64,000 bases of DNA from Octopus vulgaris (Eukaryota), in NCBI GenBank assembly GCA_951406725.2, contig OX597822.1, forward strand, positions 12,710,001 to 12,774,000. Direction: 5' to 3'. How positions within the stretch are numbered: the first letter of the stretch is position 1; the number at the start of each line of letters is the position of its first letter. The notes beneath the pieces were generated by a model. The model worked only from the letters and a program-made list of their open reading frames with translations, was not told the origin of the DNA and did no database searches. Shown piece by piece: positions 27,200-41,574 of this stretch. The translations under genes were made by a program, and so were the position numbers.

Positions 27200-27820
27200 C
27201 ATGTATGCCGGTGTCTTTGATGTCAGAAAAGACCGACTTTTGCGTTGAACAGTATTTCACAGAGGTCACACTTGGTGGTCAGCAAGCGCTTTCACTTGAG
27301 TTGGTAGTTCTCTCATCATGACCATTAATTTTCTACATTTCTTCGATGAAATATTTCAAAATGGTAGGGCGGTGAGCTGGTAGAAGCGTTAGCACGCCGG
27401 GCGAAATGCTTAGCGGTATTTCGACTGTCTTTAGGTTCTGAGTTCAAATTCTGCCGAAGTCGACTTTGCTTTTCATCCTTTCGGATCTAATCGACTGTTA
27501 CCCTCCCCCAAAATTTCGGGCCTTTTGCCTAGAGTAGAAACGGATATATTTCAAAATGCTTGAAACCAGTCTTGGTGATGTGAAGCCACGCTGTTCTGTT
27601 ATCCGCATGGTGTTCTCAGCATTTATGGTCAATATGAATGTTCTTCATCGTGTGTTTCAGCCGATTATTGTAGTATCGCACGGGATACCCGTGTGACTCC
27701 TTTGCAGTACTGAGTTCACAGTAGAGAATATGACGTGGCAGTCCAATACTCTTCATGCGGTGGACATGACCTGCCCATCTAAGGCGACATTTGATGATAA
27801 TAACCTCAATATTATGACGT
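27200..27820 (-). mobile_element. RTE-clade LINE 3' ORF fragment, split by a family C SINE (27364-27545)
   Basis: Minus translation IEVIIIKCRLRWAGHVHRMKSIGLPRHILYCEL..ADNRTAWLHITKTGFKHFE. The SINE is flanked by a 13-bp TSD atatttcaaaatg (27351-27363 and 27546-27558). The left boundary is approximate. Confidence 0.8.
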
Positions 27821-28222
27821 GCGTATATTGATATCGTGGCATTCCGTCGGTTACGACGACGAGGGTTACAGTTGATCCGGTCAACGGAACGGCCTGTTCG
27901 TCAATTTAACGTACAAGTGGCTGAGCGCTACACAAACACGTGTACCCTGTACGTAGTTCTCGGGGAGATTCAGTGTAACAAGGCTGGCCCTTTGAAATAC
28001 AACTACAAGAGAAACAGGAAGAAAGAGTAAGAGAAAGTTGTGGTGAAAGAGTACAGTAGGGTTCGCCACCCCACCCCTGCCGGAGTCTCGTGGAGCTTTG
28101 GGTGTTTTCGCTCAATAAACACTCACAACGCCTGCTCTGGGAATCGAAACCGCGATCCTACGACTGCGTGTCTGCTGCCCTAACCAATGGGCCATTGTGC
28201 CTCCACATATCCATATACATAC

Positions 28223-29486
28223 TGTTACGGGATCCCCCAAAAGTTGCTACGGAATCCCACCTGCCGTCGCCCGAACTCGAACCCGGGATCCCAACAAGCC
28301 GAGCGACGACGATTGACCAGGCTCGATCGATCGGCGAAAGTTCGCCACGGAACACAGAGAGGAGAGAGTCAACAACAACAACAACAACAGCAGGAAGAGA
28401 TACAGAGGCAACACAAAGAGGGCAAGGCAATTGGCTTACATTTAACGACAGTTTATAATTGTTACATAAAATACATCAAGATACATATCAGGTACATCAA
28501 AGAGGAAATACATGCAAGAAAACAGCATTTAAAGCAAACAACAAATCAATACAGGTATACAACAGCATTCGGGTACAATAACGGTTCAGATTGATGCAAT
28601 ATACAGTCCGGTGACAACAGTTCTGTTTCAAATCACATTAAAGGCATATACAGTTCAGAGGACAATTAACACATATACGTTCAATGTTCGTTAAATTCTT
28701 TTCAGACTACAACAGAGTCTTTCTTGTCTTTTTCCTTCTTTTTCTTCTTTCTCTTTTTTTTTGTAACACGTATCAATACAATTCTTTTTACATAATTCAC
28801 ATTTCAACACAATTCACAATGTTCGATTCTTTAACATAACGTCTTTATACTGTCTCATTTCTTTTCACATTAATTCATTAACACATCAACAAGTCCTTTA
28901 CTCCGCACAACAACTCTTTTACATTTCCTTAATTCACAATGTCTTTATACGTTTCTTTAGCCTTTTCTTTATAACATATCAACAACATAAACAAAACACA
29001 TACCGTAAGTTCTTCGTTTACAAACTCCCACTACAAATAGCCATGCCTTCTCGCCGTAATCTCTCCCAGTCCCTTAATCTTCTCTGCCTGTCTTCCTCTG
29101 TCACAGCAGAACAAACCATTACTAACTCGCTGTACAATCCCAACTGTTCACTCTCTCATGACTGTCTGTCTGTCTCTCTCTGCGCTTCCCTCTGGCATGT
29201 TCCTACCCCAATCTGTCGCTGGAACTGTCAACTGCCTTTTCATCTCTCACAGCAGAAACAACTTGCTCTCTCCTCGACTTCCGGCCGACTGTCTTTACAG
29301 CTCAAACTTCCTCCCTTTTAAGGGGTGTTTACAACGAACTTTCCCCGACCGGCACAAGGCCAAAGGTCCCCTAAAAGCTCATTACTCTTTCTAAAACAAA
29401 GGACTATAACTTTGTATTGTAGACTTTCAGTCTCCAAGCCAAGCAAAGTAGGTCAAGAAGTACCGTGAACTGAACTATTCACAACA
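28223..29486. mobile_element. Solo LTR (probably Ty3/Gypsy), 1264 bp
   Basis: Termini TGTT..AACA, 4-bp TSD ATAC at 28219-28222 and 29487-29490, no internal pol sequence. Confidence 0.75.
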
Positions 29487-30178
29487 ATACAAACAAATAA
29501 CACAAATATATACTCAGACCACACACAAGACACACATACTCACACATGCATTCTCGTGGTTATATTTATGCAAATATATATAATACAATATGTTGTATTA
29601 TACGATGGTTTTATAGGATCCTCAGTTGAGAAGCGAGGGAGACGTATGCGCATCATACACGTGCAGTGCATTGTAGAGAAAAGTGCGAAATGATGATAGG
29701 TTCGCACTGTGATTGTAAGTCGAGCCACTGGGTGTATCAGTGTGGTTGCATGCGCGTGCAAACGTGATGTGAGTGTTTATAGGTTCAATCTACGTGGAGG
29801 TTTGTGTGCACATACTGATGTATATAATCTGTGAGATAGCTGTGTAGAAGTGTGCTGTAATGTGCTGGGGAGCAAAATGGAATGGGGAAAGAATTGTGGA
29901 CGGGTGCAATTATGTTATCATGACACCGCTATTCATATCCGTCTGAAAATACACCATAGCCTGAACAATGGGAAACACTATATAGCGAATTGTTTTTTCT
30001 GTCTAGCTCTCCAGATAGTTGTCAGTTCGTCATATCAATTTCATTTTGTCCGATGAAAGAAGTGGATGTAGGGAAAACTTATTTATCACGAATGGATCAA
30101 CCAAAATAAAATACGTTTGAATTTTTCCCCTGTTCCTGTATAGATTCTCTCTCTCTCTCTCTCTCACATACACACACC

Positions 30179-30222
<44 letters not shown>

Positions 30223-30249
30223 CATATATATATACATTAGAAAGAGGCA

Positions 30250-31450
30250 ATCTAAACAGACATGTATCTTACTGAAAGTACATGACCGTTTTAAATCGAA
30301 AATCTGAAATATTAAACAACTGCCGGCATTCTTCAAATTCTTGATTTCCGACACACATCTTCGCCGACCGTGCATACTTGTTTCTCTCTACCACAAATTG
30401 TTTCTGTTATCATCATGATAATTTCGAATGTGTTACGTACTTTCCCACCATATATTCGAACTCTTGATTCCACTTGTCTGTTGCATTTGATCCAGATAAA
30501 ATATTTAAATATCTTTTATATGTACATAGTATTTACCCAACATTACAGACATTAAAATATAGGTTACGGAAATGACTTTTATTCGATACACATTAAGTTT
30601 TTAAATTACAGCATCCACATCCATTTGTTTAATCTATTCCTCCTTCCGCTATGTTTATATTCCCGTAGACATTTCAAATTATATTTCATCCGTTAATTTT
30701 TGCTAGATATTCGTGTCATTCCGTTTTCATTCCATCCAGCAACATAATTTACAACAGCTTCTCACTTCTTATCCTATAAATCCTATCCAATACATGCTTT
30801 CTGTTCGCTCCTACCTGCAATTCCCACCTTCTTGTTTGTATATTTGTGTCTATATATGTGTGCATGTGTTGTATTCATACTAAGGTATCATTTCAACACA
30901 TCAATGTTTAGCAAACTCGTGTACCAATGACTGGATATGTTCTTCCACCTCTTTTCCTTTTTAACTATTTCCCTCACTTTACCCTTTTATTTTCTTATAT
31001 AAAATCTGTTTCACTCACTTTTTCCAACAGCAAATTGTTTGAGAAACTAATCATATTTTGATATACCTTTTGGCTTTTAATTATTTATTTTAAAATGTTT
31101 ACCATCCACTTTCGCCGTCTATGTTTTTTATAATTCTTTAAACGATTCTCTTATTTTTAATTGGCTGCAAATATTGTAAAAATTTCCCGCTATGAATGAA
31201 TTGTGATTCGTTTCATTCAACTTTATTTCACACCTTATCAGCAATGACAGTTTTACGTCAACACTTTCAAAAAATTCCATGAGTTTGAAAATGTCATGAT
31301 GACCTGTGAAATTAGCTTAAAATGTACATTTTCCAAATAATAATCAATGCCCCACTTAAAACCATTTAAATCATCTTGGAATATTCACTAGATGCACTTC
31401 GGTCTAACAATCAGTTACATAAAATTTGAAATAACAGCCCCCAAAACTTT
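30250..31450 (-). pseudogene. Possible highly degraded Gypsy pol remnant
   Basis: Only a short RNase H-like string (KWGIDYYLENVHFKLI) near 31310-31360; otherwise full of stops. Confidence 0.25.
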
Positions 31451-31814
31451 TCAGCATCGATGAAAGTGATTCATGTGGATCGTCTGTGCATCTGTAACAA
31501 AAAGACTTCCTCGAGCGACGCAGGTGCGTATGCACCACATTGTTTTGTAGGAACGTTTCGATCTTGGGCCTGCATCGGTCGCCTCATTTTGAGTCAAATA
31601 CATTTGTGTATTATTATCCGTCTTTGGTTTGCCTTGTGAACGTATGCTGGTGTCTTTAGTATATTGTTCTGCCACTCTTTTGGAGAGATGAGACTATTTC
31701 GCTTAAAGCATAATGATACAATAAAACAAATATTATATATTTAAAAACAACTAAATTCGGTAATATCTTACGAGCTTCAAATTTAACAACAACAACAATA
31801 ATAATAATAATAAT

Positions 31815-31875
<61 letters not shown>

Positions 31876-31879
31876 GTTA

Positions 31880-33482
31880 GATGACAGCCAGACATACAAA
31901 TCCTCGGGAATCAATGAACTAGATACGATACCACACACATAAATGAAAGAGAAGATACGAAAATAATACAATAGACGAGTTAGATTAATACTGAAAACAG
32001 CTCAATGCGAAAAACCAGATAATAGATATCAACACAGTAGCCGTCCCAGTTATATGTTACAGCTACAATATCCTTAACTGGACTCTAAATAGAGAGGAAA
32101 ACAAGCGAAATAATGACAGGATTTAGGATGCACCACTCAAAATCTGTCATAGGATCGCTATATATATTGGGTTGCTGCATAATTATTGCGGCTTTTTTCA
32201 ACAAATTTTATTCAACAAAAACAATAATAACATGTAACAAAAACATCTTTATATGACGGTCTGACCGTCTGCCAAGCAAATGGGAAGCAGTAATTGAAGT
32301 AGATGTTGAATATGCTCCGGAATAATCATTTAAAGATGTTTTTGTTACATGTTGTTATTGTTTTTGTTGAATAAAATTTGTTGAAAAAAGCCGCAATAAT
32401 TATGCACCAACATATCAAGTACAAGGTATCAAAGGCGGTAGAAGCCTTTTACAGCTGGAAACCTATTACAAAATAACGCAATAGGACTAGAGAAATATCT
32501 GCTTCAGAAGCAAGGAAATCTGATATAATTAGCCACAAACCACTAACAAAATGAAAACTGTTTTCTGTCTTTAAGGGAGCTGACAAATACAACAAAGAAC
32601 TCAATACCTAACAACTATGAAGGAAAAGAAGAAACTAGAAATGCTGTAAAACTGGACCAGCGACGTATCATGATAGGACGATGACAAGAAAAGCTGCTCC
32701 ATGTCAAATAAACAAGAGAAATAAAGGTTAGGTCTCGAAGCGAAGACTGAAGGATTTTTTATTGCAGGACAAGAGGAAAGCCTTCCACTAGACATCACCA
32801 AAAACATGTAATGAAGAGAAATACAAGTGACTGCAGAATATGCGGAGATGGACAAGAAACAATAGATTGTATTGTCTCTGGCTGCCCAGTCCTGGCTAAG
32901 AAGGAATATATTCACAGACACGACAGAGTTGGGACCTATATACACTGAAGCTATGACAACACTATGGAATAATAACAGGAAAAAGATGGTATAGGCTCAC
33001 ACCGGAAAAGGTCACAGAAAACGAGAAAGTAGCCATAATCTGGGATATGCCAATAACATAGATAGAGAAATTAAGGCCAATGTGCCGGATATAGCTGTCA
33101 GAGATCATGAAGGAAAAAATGCTTTCTAATTGATATATCAATACCAGCAGATGACAACGTGTCTTTAAAAGAAACAGAGAAACTTCCAAAATACAAAGAT
33201 TTGAAAATAGATGTAAATCGAATGTGGAGCCCAAAAACAGAAACAATTCCAATAATAGTAGGCGCATTAGGTATGATTAAAAAAAATCAGACAAATACAT
33301 AACAAAAACACCACAAATATATATAACATACAGAAAATTGCACTACTAGGCACCGCACGGATCCTACCTAAAAGAGTACAGGGGAAATAAGAGAGCCACA
33401 ACAACCACAGCACATACCCAAGGCAAACAGTGCTTCGCTCGGCAGTGCAATGAAAGCACGGGATAAAAATAAGACTATTAAA
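31880..33482 (+). mobile_element. R4/Dong-type (RLE) non-LTR retrotransposon, 5'-truncated and decayed
   Basis: Fragments MKEKIRK..RRVRLILKT, INTVAVPVICYSYNILNWT, GLEAKTEGFFIAGQEESLP and CRICGDGQETIDCIVSGCPVLAKKEYIHRHDRVG. Flanked on both sides by TAA-type repeats. Confidence 0.88.
32167..32411. mobile_element. Mariner-type MITE with ~90-bp TIRs, nested in the R4/Dong copy
   Basis: ttgggttgctgcataattattgcggcttttttcaacaaa.. is mirrored by ..tttgttgaaaaaagccgcaataattatgcaccaac, in a TA context. Confidence 0.88.
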
Positions 33483-33734
33483 TAATAACGATAATAATAA
33501 TGATCTCAAATTTGGCGCAAGGCCAACAATTTCAGGGGACGGGTCAGTCGATTACATCAAATCCAGTATTTAACTGGTACTTTATTTATTGACCCCGCAA
33601 AGATAAAACGCAAAGTCATCCTCGGCGGAATTTGAACTAAAATCGTGGAGACGGACGAAATTCCGCAAAGCATTTTGCCCAGTGTGCTAACGATTTTACC
33701 AGCTCACCGCCTGAACGATAACAACAACAACGAC

Positions 33735-33792
<58 letters not shown>

Positions 33793-33794
33793 TT

Positions 33795-34178
<384 letters not shown>

Positions 34179-34186
34179 GGAATATA

Positions 34187-34252
34187 GCGTAGTGGTTAAG
34201 AGCGCGGGCTACTAACACCAAGATTCCAAGTTCGATTCCAGGCAGTGACCTA
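34187..34252 (+). mobile_element. tRNA-like SINE head, inverted partner of 34117-34178
   Basis: Box A tagtggttaag, box B agttcgattcc, followed by (AAT)n. Confidence 0.75.
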
Positions 34253-34366
<114 letters not shown>

Positions 34367-35171
34367 AAGAAGAATATTGTAAGAGGTTAGTACATTTTAT
34401 TATCTTTATGTATAAATGTTACAAAGCAGCCAGCTGGCAGAGTCGTCAGCACGCCGGGAAAATTACATAGCTGCATTTCGTCTGTCTGCACGTTTTGAGT
34501 TCCAATTACGCCGAGGTCGAATTTGCCTTTCATCCTTTCGAGGTCGATAAATTAAGTACCAGTGAAATTGGTTTTGATGTAATCGACTAGTACCCTCCCC
34601 ACAAATTCTCAGGCTTTAAAGGATTGTCTATGAATGTTATACAATTCAAAATCGACAAATTAAGGTAAATTTCATTGAAATGCATGCATAAAAAAATGCA
34701 TGAGCCATGCATGTATAGTGAGTCTTCCATGTGTTAACACGTATCGCCTTGCGACAATGTAAACTTTCATTTAATGAAGATGTCCTTGGCCCGAAGTGTA
34801 GCCCGCGGCGGTATACACCTCGCTTGGATATTTACCATTACTGAGGTTCCATCTGCTATGAAACCTACGTAACCCGGATCTTATTTCCTCCATTCTTGAA
34901 TTCTTATATACTTATTCGCATACCTAGCAACACTAGTCACCTGCTGTGAAATATAAAAAGAACTTTATCGTACCTCGAAACGAAAAAAATCCGCTACTTT
35001 CCGTTTCAGCAAAGCACTATTGTCCTAGAAAGATAGTTTTTATATTTACTACGGATTGCTTGAAGCTAATTTCCTTCCTCACCTCGATCCCTGGATTTTA
35101 TATATATATGCATGAATACACAATGTATTTACATATACACAAACATATTCACTTATATATACATATACAAA

Positions 35172-35233
<62 letters not shown>

Positions 35234-35234
35234 G

Positions 35235-35313
<79 letters not shown>

Positions 35314-35355
35314 CATGTTTGTTTCTCTCTCTTTCTTTCTCTCTCTCTATCTCTT

Positions 35356-35391
<36 letters not shown>

Positions 35392-35591
35392 ACTCCTTTC
35401 TCTCTCTGCATGTGTGCGCTGCCTGTGGGGCGGGGTGACGGAAATGCCAACAGAATAAGAAGCGTACTTTTATTGTCATCTTTTACTAATTCATTGATTT
35501 CTTATATTTTCACGATCTGTTTTTCAGAATACACGAAGCACATGACGTGCAGCCTTAGTTCAGTATTCTTGCATGCGTTAATACATAGCAG

Positions 35592-35651
<60 letters not shown>

Positions 35652-35698
35652 CTTAGAATAACTTAGAAAGGTTTTGACCAGTATTGGCCCACCTGGCA

Positions 35699-35761
<63 letters not shown>

Positions 35762-36150
35762 TAGATAGATAGATAGATATACATACATATATACATATAT
35801 ATGTGTGTGTGCGTGTGTATTATATTTGTGCTGTGGTACTTAATGTCAGTTATGTTTTACATGATTTCAAATGAATATATATTCATGTGAAATATTATAA
35901 AGTTTGGTATTAAACTCTAAGCTCTTTTTTTTTCGATTGCTTAATCTGATCCTATGAAGAACGACGGAGAATGTGGATATAACTGCATAGATTGGTAATT
36001 GAAAACAATAAGAATTATACATATATTATGTAAATCTTTAAAGATCATAAACGTAATAAATTAATGTAAATAGTTATAGCTGTCTTGTTTAAGCTGACTT
36101 TTCCCCCCTCTCTCTGTCTATCCACCTCTTTACCTCGTTGTGCATATATC

Positions 36151-36182
<32 letters not shown>

Positions 36183-36191
36183 TTATCTATC

Positions 36192-36246
<55 letters not shown>

Positions 36247-36350
36247 ATATCTATCTATCTATCTATCTATCGGACAAATATTGGAAATTCTTAGTCAACA
36301 TTTTGAAATTAGGAAATATATATAAAGATAGGAAATAATCAGGAGGATTA

Positions 36351-36720
36351 GGCGCAGGAGTGGCTGTGTGGTAAGTAGCTTGCTAACCAACCACATGGTT
36401 CCGGGTTCAATCCCACTGCGTGGAATCTTGGGCAAGTGTCTTCTACTATAGCCACGGGCCGACCAATGCCTTGTGAGTGGATTTGGTAGATGGAAACTGA
36501 AAGAAGCCTGTCGTATATATGTATATATATGTATGTGTGTGTGTGTTTGTGTGTCTGTGCTTGTCCCCCTAGCATTGCTTGACAACCGATGCTGGTATGT
36601 GTTTACGTCCCCGTTACCTAGCGGTTCGGCAAAAGAGACCGATAGAATAAGTACTGGGCTTACAAAGAATAAGTCTCAGGGTCGATTTGACTGAAACAAG
36701 TGAAAGAGTGAAAGAGTGAA
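36351..36720 (+). mobile_element. SINE family A copy
   Basis: High similarity to 8558-8955. Confidence 0.88.
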
Positions 36721-37459
36721 AAAATCAAAGGGTAGTGAAGAACGTGTTCGATGTTTTATTCTTAAAGTGTCTTCTTATGTATGTTGTTTACAGAAGGGTT
36801 TGGAATGGCGTACAGGAGATCAAGTGTCAAAAATTCTATTGAATTTAAGAGCAGATTTCTTTTCTATTCAGAATATGTTCACCTGTGTATGTATATGCGT
36901 ATATATTATGTTAAATGTCAAAATAAGTAAAAATTTATTTAAGGATGGTTGAAAGTTCTATTGGTAGAGTTTTTGTTTTCCTCCCTGTATGTGTAGATTG
37001 GGTTCCATTGTGTTAACAGAACCATTTAAAAAAATTATTTGGCTGAAAGTTTGCAGTCACAAAAGAGCTGTTTTGGCGGAAGGAATTATCTTTCTGTGAC
37101 TTTGTGATGTGTGTGTTCTTTGGCGCATGCGTCAGGTTGAAACTATGAATGAGAAGAAAATGAACGCATGCGTACAATAGGTCTTTTATTCATACAGATA
37201 GATTTCCCTTTTGAAATAGTTCGACTCACAATCTCAAAGCATAACGATGATAAGGATGCGGGTAAAATATAGGTCCTTATTTACTGATTAATGGTGGATG
37301 GTTTCGTATTTAATAATGGATTATATTTGTTAATGAACTGTTGTTGTTTTTTTATGCATTCTTTGTTGTTGGGTGAAAAGTCGGAGCAGTTCCAGATCTG
37401 TTGGCGTTGAATCGACATATCTTTGCGAAATGATACGCCCGTCTTTACTATGTAACTTC

Positions 37460-38642
37460 CCAGAGTCTCTGTATTTCCATGACTAGGTCCTGGCATTTGG
37501 CTATGTTTTCTATACATTTCATATTGATTTTTTTCAACATTTGACATTTTCTATTCTCTTTATCTACTAAATCAGGCATTGTATCTTCTATTACTCAGTC
37601 AGTCTCAATGTTAAAGTCCCACAGCAATTTATATTTCTTACTTTGTTGTACTTTAAAAGGACCATATTCATACAATTTTTCAGTATGTTTGATTTGATTT
37701 GATTTGTATAATCTACATTGGGAATCTACTTGGTTTTTGTCTATCTTGGCTTTTATCCATTTAGTCCTTAATGGTTGATCTTGTGCAGCTACTAAGATAC
37801 ATTCTGTCTCCCTCTTCAGCTTTCCTTTCTGCAGCCAAAAACATGTCTCACTATAACTATTTGCTGCAATTATCTTTGGGAATCTAGCATGCAACTCCTT
37901 CTCCGGCCAGTTAGATAATTTCTGTTCTCTTTTCTGGGTTTTAACTTCGTTTGTGTTTTTGGTTTCCCTATGCCTTGCTGTGACTCTGGTAGCTTTCAAT
38001 AAACTTTCTTCACTATTACCTACATAGGAGTCTATATTTACTCTAGCTAACTCCACGCAATCTTTTACTGATATTAACCCTCTCCCACCTTCCTTTCTAG
38101 GTAGGTATAATCTTGCTACTCCTGCACTTCGCTGGAGTCCTCCATAAATATCGAATTCCTTCTTAGTTCTTCTGTCTCACGTTGTTAATTCAGTCTGTGT
38201 CCAATCTACAAAAGATGCTGAATATCTAAGTAATGTAACTGCCCAACTATTTACAGCCTTCACTAGCTTCAGACCAGTAAACTTTGACTTCATTAGCTTC
38301 TTGACCCTTCTGATGTACTCCTTTTTCGTTTTCATTTTTGTAGTTAAAATCTAATACACCGAGATACTTATAATTCGCTCTTCCTTTCAATAATTTTAAT
38401 TTGTGGCCATCTGGTAATTGGATGCCTTCGCTGTTGACTACCTGTCGCCATCTCATAACTAATATTCACACTTATCTATGCCAGATTCTATGCCAATATC
38501 TTTGCTGGATACTTTTGCACTCTGTAATAAGGAATCTATCTCTTTTTTCGTTGTTACTAAAACGCTTAAGATCGTCCATGTAGAGCAAATGGTTAATTTT
38601 TTCTTTACTCCTTCTGAACTGATACCCTGATTTGCCTTCCTT
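37460..38642 (-). mobile_element. R4/Dong-type non-LTR fragment (RT to RLE), decayed
   Basis: INHLLYMDDLK (RT motif), YKYLGV, WLQKGKLKRETECILVAAQDQPLRT and LLWDFNIETD. The 5' truncation point abuts (TAA)n. Confidence 0.88.
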
Positions 38643-38643
38643 A

Positions 38644-38717
<74 letters not shown>

Positions 38718-38760
38718 CATCATCATCATCATCATCATCATCACCACCACCACCACCACC

Positions 38761-38794
<34 letters not shown>

Positions 38795-38966
38795 TCATTA
38801 TTATTATTATTGCGTGAGGTGAGAGAGCAGCGCATGCTATCAAAGTGACACTGGGGTACAATGATACGAAGCCGAATATACACATAATGACTACCCGTTT
38901 AATAAGGATACAATAAGTACATGCATCGCAACCATATGTGCACGACATGGTGATCTTATATAAAGA

Positions 38967-40508
38967 CTAGCATCGTTGCCGGTTTATAGGGCTAGTGCAT
39001 GTATATATGTGTATATATATGTGTACATATATACATCTACACATAAAATACAAAATGCAAAGTTATATCTTGATATCGCTAGTGATAACAATACACAAAA
39101 TATATAACAGACTGGAATTGTTGGCCCATCTCTTGCAATTTCAATCAATTGTATCTTGTCCTCCCTCTTGTACAGAAGTGTGGCTACAATCCAGCCTACC
39201 TCTACGTCTGGAGGGACATTTTAAATTTTTGTCCGGGACGTCCTACGTCCCAGATATAAAGGTAAAAATAAAATATTTCCACTTTGCAAAGTTCGAGTCG
39301 AGTACTACCTTGCACGCTCTGATGGCTCGAACCTTGCATCTATTGTGGCGAATTTACCGCCTCTGGTTAGATATCTTTCATGGTCGCACCAAGACACTCT
39401 TCGATGGTGCTTTCCTCCAGGTGTTCAATTTTTTTTCTCTACTTTATAGACAATAGGCATTTCTTTAATTTAATTTTTTATTTCGTTTGGTGGTGTTATC
39501 CTAGATTCACCGTCTTTGTCGGTGATCAATCCGAAATAGGTTTGTATTCCTTCCATTTTAATTTTAATGAGTTCGCGCCCGCCGACGGCTGCAGCGAAAT
39601 TCAGTTTTGGACTTTCTTCTATCGAAGGCATTCTAACAAAAATGCTTCCGTATAAACGGTGAAAATATTGTCAATTTCCCCAAACAGACACACAATTCAA
39701 TTTTTAAACAATAACCAAAGCTCCTTCTCCCAAAGAGGGAGGGTTACAGTTTACAATAATCTAACAAATGCACCACAATAACGTTTCCCTTACGAGGAAC
39801 CAACAAACATGATGTCAATAGTTAAACAGTAATAATAATAACAACAAACCTTACGGTGTATCAAAAAGCAGTACTCAGTTGAAGCTATAGTCCTTTATGG
39901 ATAAGAAATAAACCACCAGCAGTACTCAGTTGAAACGGCTGTTCGAGAAAACAGACATTACATACAGCCAAATTTCATATAGATAATTAATGCTAGCTAA
40001 TTAGCAGATAATCTAATGTAAAAGCCAAGGTAAATGGCATGTGCACAGCGCCATCTGGACTATTCCATTTCTGCACACTAATTTTATTTTTAATTTATTC
40101 CCATTCATGTGAAACCACTTATTCAAGTTTAAGTCATTGATGCAATTATATACCAATTGCTATTTTTACTTTTGTTATGTGACGATTATATTATACTTTA
40201 GTTTGATTTTAATTATTACTACATATAATTCAATTGTTATTATTATTTTTATTGTTAAAGTGAAAGTATCTGACATAAAATAGAGAAATGTTTTAGTTTC
40301 ACTTTTAACACGTAATACTGAAATAGTGGAGAAGATATGATATTGCTATGGGCTCGCCCTAGGCAAGAATTTGAACATTTTTTTGCCCATGAAAAGTAAG
40401 GCATGTGTAAAATTTGAATGAAATTGGTTGTGTAGTTCTCAAGTTTTAGGGAAACACACAGATAGACAGACAGACAGACACACATTGTCAGTTTTATATA
40501 TATAGAGA
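38967..40508 (-). mobile_element. Non-autonomous Helitron, 1542 bp, with internal ORF1-like cargo
   Basis: The minus-strand 5' end is TCTCTATATATATAAAACTGACAATG plus (GTCT)n. The 3' end has an imperfect hairpin and CTAG at 38967-38970. It is inserted at A|T with no TSD, splitting a host repeat whose intact copy reads caagA|Taaacag (~41100). Confidence 0.88.
39120..39632 (-). pseudogene. Decayed LINE ORF1-like fragment inside the Helitron
   Basis: Minus translation ..FATIDARFEPSERAR*YSTRTLQSGNILFLPLYLGRRTSRTKI*NVPPDVEVGWI aligns by eye with ORF 48417 (FDNGEKARLFASQPLDGKEILFLPSYCGRKLIRAWLCGLPPGTEADWI). Confidence 0.7.
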
Positions 40509-40863
40509 TAAACAGTAGATGATCTTACAGGTGTGGCTCCGTTAGATTTTCTTAGGGTCAAGCACCCCATCCTGCTCAGAAGGTCTCTGAATAAGGTTTG
40601 TTTAACTATGATCAACGAAACACCCATGTTTCCAGAAATATATTATTCAAACTCCAAAGAATTGCTCTTGACACATGGCTATGATGCCTCTGCACTACTT
40701 TTGCCCGTGACTAGAGATGCACATACCATCATCCAGCAAGGGACAGGCTCTACTGGTTAAGGTCAAACAACTGACAAGCAAATTTGTGATATTGAGCAGA
40801 ATATTTGCTGTAGCCCATTTTTATAACAAGACAAAGCAATGTACATGATAACCCTTCGAATTA

Positions 40864-40910
<47 letters not shown>

Positions 40911-40920
40911 GATTATTATG

Positions 40921-40953
<33 letters not shown>

Positions 40954-41502
40954 GAGTGAGAGAGCAGTTCATGCCATCAAAGTGACACTGGGGTAAAATA
41001 TACGAAGCCCAATATACCCATCATGACTACCCGTCTGATAAGGGTACACCAGGCACATGCATCACAACCATATGTGCGCGACATGGTGATCTAATATCAA
41101 GATAAACAGCACATGACCTTGCAGGTGGGGCCCAGTTAGAATTTTCTTCAGGTTGAGTAGCCCATCCCGCTCAAAGGCTCCCTGAATAAGGATTGTTTAA
41201 GGATGTTGAAAGAACCACCCATGTTTCCAGAGGTGAATTATTCAAACCCCAAAGAATCCCTCTCAACACATGGCTATGATGCTCCCCCACTACTTCTGCT
41301 CGTGATCAGAGATGCACAAATCGTCAGCCACTAAGGGACATGCTCAACTGGTTAAGGTCAAACAACTGACAAGCAAATCTGTGATATTGAGCAGAATATT
41401 TGCTGTAGCCCATATTTTATACCAAGACAAAACAATGTACATGATAACACCTCCAATCACTTAAGATCAGAAGCCATGAAAGCCACTGTCTGGTACTGCA
41501 TC
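40954..41502 (-). mobile_element. ~550-bp non-coding interspersed repeat embedded in (TAA)n
   Basis: Homologous copies at 38812-38966 plus 40509-40860, 52218-52578 and ~53495-53770 (opposite orientation). The strand is inferred from the fixed versus variable ends. Confidence 0.8.
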
Positions 41503-41567
<65 letters not shown>

Positions 41568-41574
41568 GTTATTA

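Noticed and set aside
29680-29712. Box C-like ATGATGA inside a short hairpin (snoRNA candidate)
   Set aside because: There is no suitably placed box D or guide region.
34187-34252. Functional tRNA gene (also considered for the other SINE heads)
   Set aside because: Box A and box B are present but no convincing acceptor stem, and the heads are attached to repeat bodies or microsatellites.
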